Shown here one piece after another: positions 55,875 to 64,000 of a stretch of DNA of 64,000 nt (the stretch's first letter is position 1; each line of letters begins with the position of its first letter). The notes below the pieces were generated by a model. The model ran no database searches, was not told the origin of the DNA, and worked only from the letters and a program-made list of their open reading frames with translations. A program made the translations under genes and the position numbers. Source of the stretch: the human T2T-CHM13v2.0 reference genome, Homo sapiens; the NCBI RefSeq assembly GCF_009914755.1, contig NC_060931.1; one strand, written 5' to 3'.

Positions 55875-56891
55875 TTACAATTTGGCATGGTTTTGCAGTG
55901 GCTGGTACTGGTTGTTCCTTTCCATGTTTAGTGCTTCCTTTAGGAGCTCTTTTAGCGCAGGCCTGGTGGTGACAAAATCTCTCAGCAATTGCTTGTCTGT
56001 AAAGGATTTTATTTCTCCTTCACCTATGAAGCTTAGTTTGGCTGGATATGAAATTCTGGGTTGAAAATTCTTTTCTTTAAGAATGTTGAATATTGGCCCC
56101 CACTCTCTTCTGGCTTGTAGAGTTTCTGCCGAGAGATCAGCTGTTAGTCTGATGGGCTTCCATTTGTGGGTAACCTGACCTTTCTCTCTGGCTGCCCTTA
56201 ACATTTTTTCCTTCATTTCAACTTTGGTGAATCTGACAATTATGTGTCTTGGAGTTGCTCTTCTCGAGGAGTATCTTTGTGGCGTTCTCTGTATTTCCTG
56301 AATGTGAATGTTGGCCTGCCTTGCTAGATTGGGGAAGTTCTCCTGGATAATATCCTGCAGAGTGTTTTCCAACTTGGTTCCATTCTCCCTGTCACTTTCA
56401 GGTACACCAATCAGACATAGATTTGGTCTTTTCACATAGTCCCATATTTCTTGGAGGCTTTGTTTGTTTCTTTTTATTCTTTTTTCTCTAAACTTCTCTT
56501 CTCGCTTCATTTCATTCATTTGATCTTCCATCACTGATACCCTTTCTTCCAGTTGATCGAATCGGCTACTGAGGCTTGTGCATTTGTCACGTAGTTCTTG
56601 TGCCTTGGTTTTCAGCTCCATCAGGTCCTTTAAGGACTTCTCTGCATTGGTTATTCTAGTTAGCCATTCGTCTAATTTTTGTTCAAGGTTTTTAACTTCT
56701 TTGCCATGGGTTCGAACTTCCTCCTTTAGCTCGGAGTAGTTTGATCATCTGAAGGCTTCTTCTCTCAACTCGTCAAAGTCATTCTCCGTCCAGCTTTGTT
56801 CCATTGCTGGTGAGGTGCTGCATTCCTTTGGAGGAGGAGAGGCACTCTGAGTTTTAGAGTTTCCAGTTTTTCTGCTCTGTTTCTTCACCAT
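55875..56891 (-). pseudogene. L1 ORF1p, full length with one premature stop
   Basis: 1017 nt in one frame; CGA>TGA at codon 49 (56745-56747); downstream 248 aa open. Confidence 0.9.
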
Positions 56892-59800
56892 CTTTGTGGT
56901 TTTATCTACCTTTGGTCTTTGATGATGGTGACGTACAGATGGGGTTTTGGTGTGGATGTCCTTTCTGTTTGTCAGTTTTCCTTCTAACAGTCAGGACCCT
57001 CAGCTACAGGTCTGTTGGAGTTTGCTGGAGGTCCACTCCAGACCCTGTTTGCCTGGATATCAGCATCAGAGGCTGCTGAACAGTGGATATTGGTGAACAG
57101 CAAATGTTGCTGCCTGATCATTCCTCTGGAAGTTTTGTCTCAGAGGAGTACCCAGCCGTGTGAGGTGTCAGTCTGCCCCTACTGGGGGGTGCCTCCTAAT
57201 TAGGCTACTCAGGGGTCAGGGACCCACTTGAAGAGGCAGTCTGTCCGTTCTCAGATCTCCAGCTGCATGCTGGGAGAACCACTACTCTCTTCAAAGCTGT
57301 CAGACAGGGACATTTAAGTCTGCAGAGGTTTCTGCTGCCTTTTGTTTGGCTATGCCCTGCCCCTAGAGGTGGAGTCTACAGAGGCAGGCAGGCCTCCTTG
57401 AGCTGCAGTGGGCTCCACCCAGTTCTAGCTTCCCAGCCACTTTGTTTACCTACCCAAGCCTCGGCAATGGTGGGTGACCCTCCCCCAGCCTCACTGCTGC
57501 CTTGCAGTTTGATCTCAGACTGCTGTGCTAGCAATGAGTGAGGCTCTGTGGGCAAAGGACCCTCCGAGCCAGGCGCGGGATATAATCTCCTGGTGTGCCG
57601 TTTGCTAAGACTGTTGGAAAAGCACAGTATTGGAGTGGGAGTGACCTGATATTCCAGGTGCCGTCTGTCACCCCTTTCTTTGACTAGGAAAGGGGATCCC
57701 CTGACCCCTTGCACTTCCCGGGTGAGGCGATGCCTCGCCCTGCTTCGGCTCACATTCGGTGCGCTGCACCCACTGTCCTGCACCCACTGTCTGACACTCC
57801 CCAGTGAGATGAACCTGGTACCTCAGTTGGAAATGCAGAAATCACCCGTCTTCTGCGTCACTCATGCTGGGAGCTGTAGACTGGAGCTGTTCCTATTCGG
57901 CCATGTTGGCTCCACCTGAAAAAATTTCAAACTTCTAAATTCCTGTTTCTTCATGACTGACCTCATTCTTCAGAGCCATCATCAAATAAGTTAAGTGCCA
58001 TTCATTTGCTTTGACTATTTGCCCTAAAGCCTTTCTTACAGACCTGTCAAGAAGCAGAGTTTGGATCCATGACTGCAGTGCCTGCTGGTTGGTCTTCTTG
58101 GGCTCTAGTAAATAATCAAACTTATAAGACTATCTTAGGCTACTGTGGTACCAGCCTACTCAGATGGATATAGTTGAGGGACCCGATTTACCAGCAGGGC
58201 AGTGTCAGGCCTTCCTCTTTTGCAGAGTTTTTGGTGCAGGCCATACAGTTCAGGTACAGTAATAAGAGACCCACAGTAGGGTAAGGGTGGGAGCTGCTGC
58301 AAATTAAAAGCTTCGTGTCCCAAAAGATCCAATTTATTTTGTGGTAATTTTGTAGACAAAGCTTCTAGGGTTGAGTCAAGGTACAGGTACATGGGAAGGA
58401 AGCCCAATGCATGTAGACTCCATAAGATACTTATTACAGTTCACTTATAGTTCCTTCCAGTCAAGATGCAATTTTCCAATCAAGAGTCTTTTTTTTTTTT
58501 GTTCTAGAAACATAGTTGATGTTCTTACCCTTATCATATAAGGATAAGATTATCCTTATCATCCTTATCATCATGATAAGGAAAACAGCTAGGAAGTTTA
58601 ACCATAGGTCAAATTCTCATGCATAGGGAGAAAGGGTTCTGCTAACACTTTTCCTATACTGACCCTTGTGGAAATAACTTCTAACTGAATGAGCTCATTC
58701 ATTGATTGTGCTAGCCAACCTTATCACATCTTAATTATAGCACTTCCTCCTACAGAGAACCCAACAATTTGGTATAGTACATTCTAGATAGAGTTTGTTA
58801 CTATCTAATTCTGGGATTCCTGCTCTTTTGGCCACATTTATCTGTTATGGCTTACTCTATATCATTTATTCTATTTAAATGTGATGTTAGTAATATTTCA
58901 ACTTCACCACTTTAATGCAGCCATCTATGGATAAGTAATTGGAAATCTGTGCTATAATTTTCCTTTTAGTCATAGTCTTCCTGGCTCATTCTGTTTGCCT
59001 GCTTACCTGATGTGGGCATGCCTCTATCAGTGCCTGTTAGTTTTGAATAAAAAGCTTCTGTAAGCACCTGGGCACCAGGTCAGAGAATTTCTCCAGGCTA
59101 GGCTTCCTGTCATCTGTCTTAAAGGGCCTCATGAATGTATTCCCCTCTTCTGGACCTGATTATTATTAAATCTTAGCTCCTTTTTCTTGTCTGTTTCTAT
59201 TTGGACTTGGCAGTAGGACTTTGTGCTGTACCTTGATGCTACTTTGGTAACATCTGTGGCTGCATCCAGGATTGCACCTTGGTTTCATTCAGCTGCTAGA
59301 GAAGATAAGAGATGCCATACTCTTACATTCACCTATGGGCCTCCATAATATCATTTGCCAGGGATATTTTGCCATTTCCCATCTGAGCAAGTACAGAGAA
59401 ATCCAGCAATGAGATGCCTAGCTGTTTGGCTCACAAAACTACAACTAATGCATTACTGTGTATCTCATTCCAGGGTACCTGGATTGACAGTTAAATGCCT
59501 AAGAGAAAATAGCCACATATGATCTAAACATAAACCCAGATTTATAAAGGAAACACCTACAAGGGCTGACTTAATTTTTTCTAAGGAAAACCAGAACATA
59601 GCAAATGGTTATGGCACAAATCTATGTATGTAGATAGAGAAGGCAAAGCAAAGGGCATCAGAAAGAATGGGATTAATTGAGAAAGGTTTTCTCAAGGAGG
59701 TATTGGGTCTTTGAACTTGATCTATTAGATCACTGTAAATCGCTATAGGTGAATCACTGAGGTTGAAAGAGTGGCATTGGCATGGCCAATTGGTGAAACT

Positions 59801-60318
59801 TGTTGTGGCAGCAACAGATTAGAGGGGAGAGAGAAATTGGATTCTGGTCATCCATGAATATGTGGCTAGGAGGTGGGTGGGTAGGAGTGAGGAATTAGGA
59901 TTTCCACCATATTCTGGCATTTTTATGAAGAAAAACTTTACCGTAAAACATTGACAGAAACATTGCTGGACTCAAGCTCTCTGGTTTGGATTCTAAGTTT
60001 TTGGAGCCTGCTGTGACTCTTCCCTCTCGCCCTCCTGCTCTTGGAGGAGTGGACTCCCAGCATCACCTAGGCTTGCTGTAATTAGGCATTTCTAAGGAGA
60101 ACAGGATACTAATGAAGAAATAGTAATGTAATCCTTGGAAGATTTGCATCTCAGTAAAATCAGGTGGCCCTTGATCATGAATGGCTCATTTGCCATGCTG
60201 GGAAAAATTAAAAAGGAGATGTCCTTCCTGGCTGGATACTGGTGTCTGCTTATACATTTTGGTATTTCTTCTGCCTCCACTATCAGCACCACAACTGCTG
60301 AATCCTCAATGAGTAAAG

Positions 60319-61218
60319 ATGCTTCGGTTATTCTATTTCTCTGCTATTATTGCCTCAGTTATTTTAAATTTTGTAGGAATCATTATGAATCTGTTTATTA
60401 CAGTGGTCAATTGCAAAACTTGGGTCAAAAGCCATAGAATCTCCTCTTCTGATAGGATTCTGTTCAGCCTGGGCATCACCAGGTTTCTTATGCTGGGACT
60501 ATTTCTGGTGAACACCATCTACTTCGTCTCTTCAAATACGGAAAGGTCAGTCTACCTGTCTGCTTTTTTTGTGTTGTGTTTCATGTTTTTGGACTCGAGC
60601 AGTGTCTGGTTTGTGACCTTGCTCAATATCTTGTACTGTGTGAAGATTACTAACTTCCAACACTCAGTGTTTCTCCTGCTGAAGCGGAATATCTCCCCAA
60701 AGATCCCCAGGCTGCTGCTGGCCTGTGTGCTGATTTCTGCTTTCACCACTTGCCTGTACATCACGCTTAGCCAGGCATCACCTTTTCCTGAACTTGTGAC
60801 TACGAGAAATAACACATCATTTAATATCAGTGAGGGCATCTTGTCTTTAGTGGTTTCTTTGGTCTTGAGCTCATCTCTCCAGTTCATCATTAATGTGACT
60901 TCTGCTTCCTTGCTAATACACTCCTTGAGGAGACATATACAGAAGATGCAGAAAAATGCCACTGGTTTCTGGAATCCCCAGACGGAAGCTCATGTAGGTG
61001 CTATGAAGCTGATGGTCTATTTCCTCATCCTCTACATTCCATATTCAGTTGCTACCCTGGTCCAGTATCTCCCCTTTTATGCAGGGATGGATATGGGGAC
61101 CAAATCCATTTGTCTGATTTTTGCCACCCTTTACTCTCCAGGACATTCTGTTCTCATTATTATCACACATCCTAAACTGAAAACAACAGCAAAGAAGATT
61201 CTTTGTTTCAAAAAATAG
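60319..61218 (+). CDS. TAS2R4: Bitter taste receptor type 2 member 4, intronless 7TM, 299 aa
   Basis: T2R motifs LGITRF, LYCVKITNFQHSVFLLLK, SLRRH, TEAHVGAMK, GHSVLIIITHPKLK. Confidence 0.97.
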   Translation: MLRLFYFSAIIASVILNFVGIIMNLFITVVNCKTWVKSHRISSSDRILFSLGITRFLMLGLFLVNTIYFVSSNTERSVYLSAFFVLCFMFLDSSSVWFVTLLNILYCVKITNFQHSVFLLLKRNISPKIPRLLLACVLISAFTTCLYITLSQASPFPELVTTRNNTSFNISEGILSLVVSLVLSSSLQFIINVTSASLLIHSLRRHIQKMQKNATGFWNPQTEAHVGAMKLMVYFLILYIPYSVATLVQYLPFYAGMDMGTKSICLIFATLYSPGHSVLIIITHPKLKTTAKKILCFKK

Positions 61219-61707
61219 TGGAATTTCAGTAAACAATACCTAGATTTACCTGATGGTTTGGGGGCAAGATTTTCTGTTTGCAGTTTTCCCAGTGATCTGG
61301 GGAATTCAGTTTTGTGATTGCTGATCTGACATCATAGGCTTTTGAGTGCCTGAATTTCAGTTCATTCTGTAATTTTTTTTTTTTGGTATGTAAGTATTTT
61401 AAAATAAGGCACATTCTGTAAGAAACTTTTTTGAGGCATTATTTGTCATGTATTTTGCATGGCCATTGAATCCATGTATAATGGAAATCATCACATTGTT
61501 TCATTGTCTATTGAAGTATAATGGGAAATTCTTCCAAATTAGAGAACACATTGGGGTGCACGTGATGAGTTAGATATTTGTGGTTTAGCTGAGGAGCCCT
61601 GAGTAAGGGCTCAGCAGTGGATAGGTGGTCACTGGGAGCCACTGGACTGACCGAAAGCAGAGGAAGGGGGTTCAGTGCAAAGAGAAAAGGAAAAAAGGAA
61701 GGTTTCA

Positions 61708-62085
<378 letters not shown>

Positions 62086-63585
62086 TCACACTTGCTGGGT
62101 AATAGTAACTGTGCTATTCCTAGCAAGAAACCCTAAGGTTTCTAGGCTTGTTCTGGAAAAGAGGATATTGCCAGAGTTGGTAAGTAGAGGAAAGTGATTA
62201 GTATTTAAGAAACTGAATCAAGAATGGTTCCAAAAATCTTAAAATCCAGGGAAACCAGCTTAAGGTCAAAGGCAAGTGCTAGATAATGAAATTAACACCA
62301 TATGAGTACAAATTTACAAAATACTGTACTTCACCATAGGCTATGGAACTCAGTGGAAAGCCAAAAAAGCACTGGACAGGTGGTGGGAGTGCTTGACTTG
62401 TGGTGAATTTATTTCATCTGCTTATACATTTGTACACAGCACAGTTCTTCTCCAGAATGTTGTTTCTGTGGCTGGGACCATTGGACTGTGGCTCCAAAAG
62501 AACAACAGTCTGAAGATGGGATGTTGACAAGTTTTGGAATGTCAATTGGGGAATCATAATTTGTATTTATTTAGGTTTTTTTTGGTGTTCATAAAATGCT
62601 TATGTAATATTTACATATGTCAAATAAATCTTAAAATTTTATAAATTACATGACTTTTCTCATTCTGGCCACCAGAATCTTGACTGCAATATTCAGTAAA
62701 AATTACCCAAGCCAATATTTTGTGCTATGAAACCTGGAGGTATTCATCATGTTAAATCCTAAGAGAGATAAAAGGATTACTGAGAGTGATTAAATGCATA
62801 CTATGTCTTAAGAACTCTAAATGAGTGGCAGAAACCCTCATTGGTCCCTCAGTATCTGTTCTTTCTCCTCTCTTCCATAGTAATCAAATCATTAGCTGTT
62901 CAGAATTTTGGCAGCAAATTCCATTATTGCCATGTATGTGAGCAGAAAAGATGTATATAATTTCTGGGTGGTACTTCGGAGCAGTCCTACCTTCCCTTCT
63001 TTAATCTTTTCTTTGTTACTCCCTCCATGAGCTGGAATGCTGACATCATGATTGTCTATCTTGGACAATGCAGATGAGGTGAATGCTTGGGATAGTGAAG
63101 TAATTCTCCATCCTAGAGCTGGCTCCATGGTTCTTCACACTGTGGACTTGTAACACCAGCTCTGGACTGCTCAAGCCTGAACTCCAGGACTGTTGATGAG
63201 AAATCAGTGTCTCCATTCTTTCAGGTGCTGGAGTTTTGGTCTCTGTTACCTTAGTCAAATAACCTATGCTATACCTTAAATATACACAATAATATATATC
63301 TTTATGATGAAATAGTATGTATTTACCATCTTATTAGTCAAAGAACCTTTTTATATGACCTACTAAGTGAAATTGAAATAAAACCTGTACATGTGGTATA
63401 ATACCATTTTTTTTGGTAAAAATGTGTACATATGAAGAAAAGTCTAAAAGGAAATATATAAAAATGTAAACAGTAATTATTTTAGGTGGGAGGAATCAAT
63501 AAATTTTTTTGTGTATTTCAAGTTTTCTATAATGAACATTTTTATATAATCAAAAAATATTTTTAAATATATAATGTATATATGG

Positions 63586-63635
<50 letters not shown>

Positions 63636-63680
63636 CATCCACCAACCCACTCACCTCCCTCCCTCCCTCCCTCCCTCCCT
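63586..63680. repeat. (TCTA)12 tetranucleotide STR followed by (CCCT)n
   Basis: Directly visible. Confidence 0.95.
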
Positions 63681-64000
63681 ACTTACCTAAAAGACAGAGA
63701 GGGAGTTCTGAGGTCAACATCGAGTTTGTCCTCGCTAAGAAAGGTAAGTGAATTGTCTTGCTTTGTCTGGATTCTTTTTATTGTATTGGCAAAGTTCTGC
63801 CAATTTGTTTCCTGTTTGTCCTACACTGTCTTCAATTTTCCCCTCTCTGGGTTGGATGTGTTGTCTTTGTGTTAGGACTGTTTTTGCTGTTTGAAGAAAG
63901 TCTTCAGTCTTTGCTTAGGCACTTGCCCAAAGTCTCCCTTGGGTACAGTTTTTAAGAATGCTGTATGTTTAGAGTTTTGCTGGTTCTGATATGCTCTGCT

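Overview
Human genomic DNA, recognisable as the 7q34 WEE2-SSBP1-TAS2R3-TAS2R4 interval. The window holds the last nine coding exons and 3' UTR of the oocyte kinase WEE2 (+), with an intronic U1 retrocopy. It then has a CpG-island bidirectional promoter (SSBP1 on +, WEE2-AS1 on -), the complete 148-aa SSBP1 CDS, a rearranged HERV-K(HML-2) insertion, intact TAS2R3 and TAS2R4, a full-length L1PA3/4 (-) and many Alu, MaLR and DNA-transposon relics. The most unusual structure is the HERV-K. It is one complete LTR plus exactly 18 nt of tRNA-Lys PBS on +, fused through a short microhomology to an inverted pol-pro-gag-PBS-U5 stub, and the whole is flanked by a ~265 bp host duplication. This looks like a fossil of failed second-strand transfer followed by one-ended integration. 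Other leads are a probable L1 3' transduction, a shared octamer (POU2F3-type) motif upstream of both bitter receptors, a stop-creating NAGNAG acceptor in WEE2, and CPE/hexamer pairs in the WEE2 3' UTR. Gene names come from recognition of translated sequence. Repeat subfamily calls and repeat boundaries were made by eye and are approximate.
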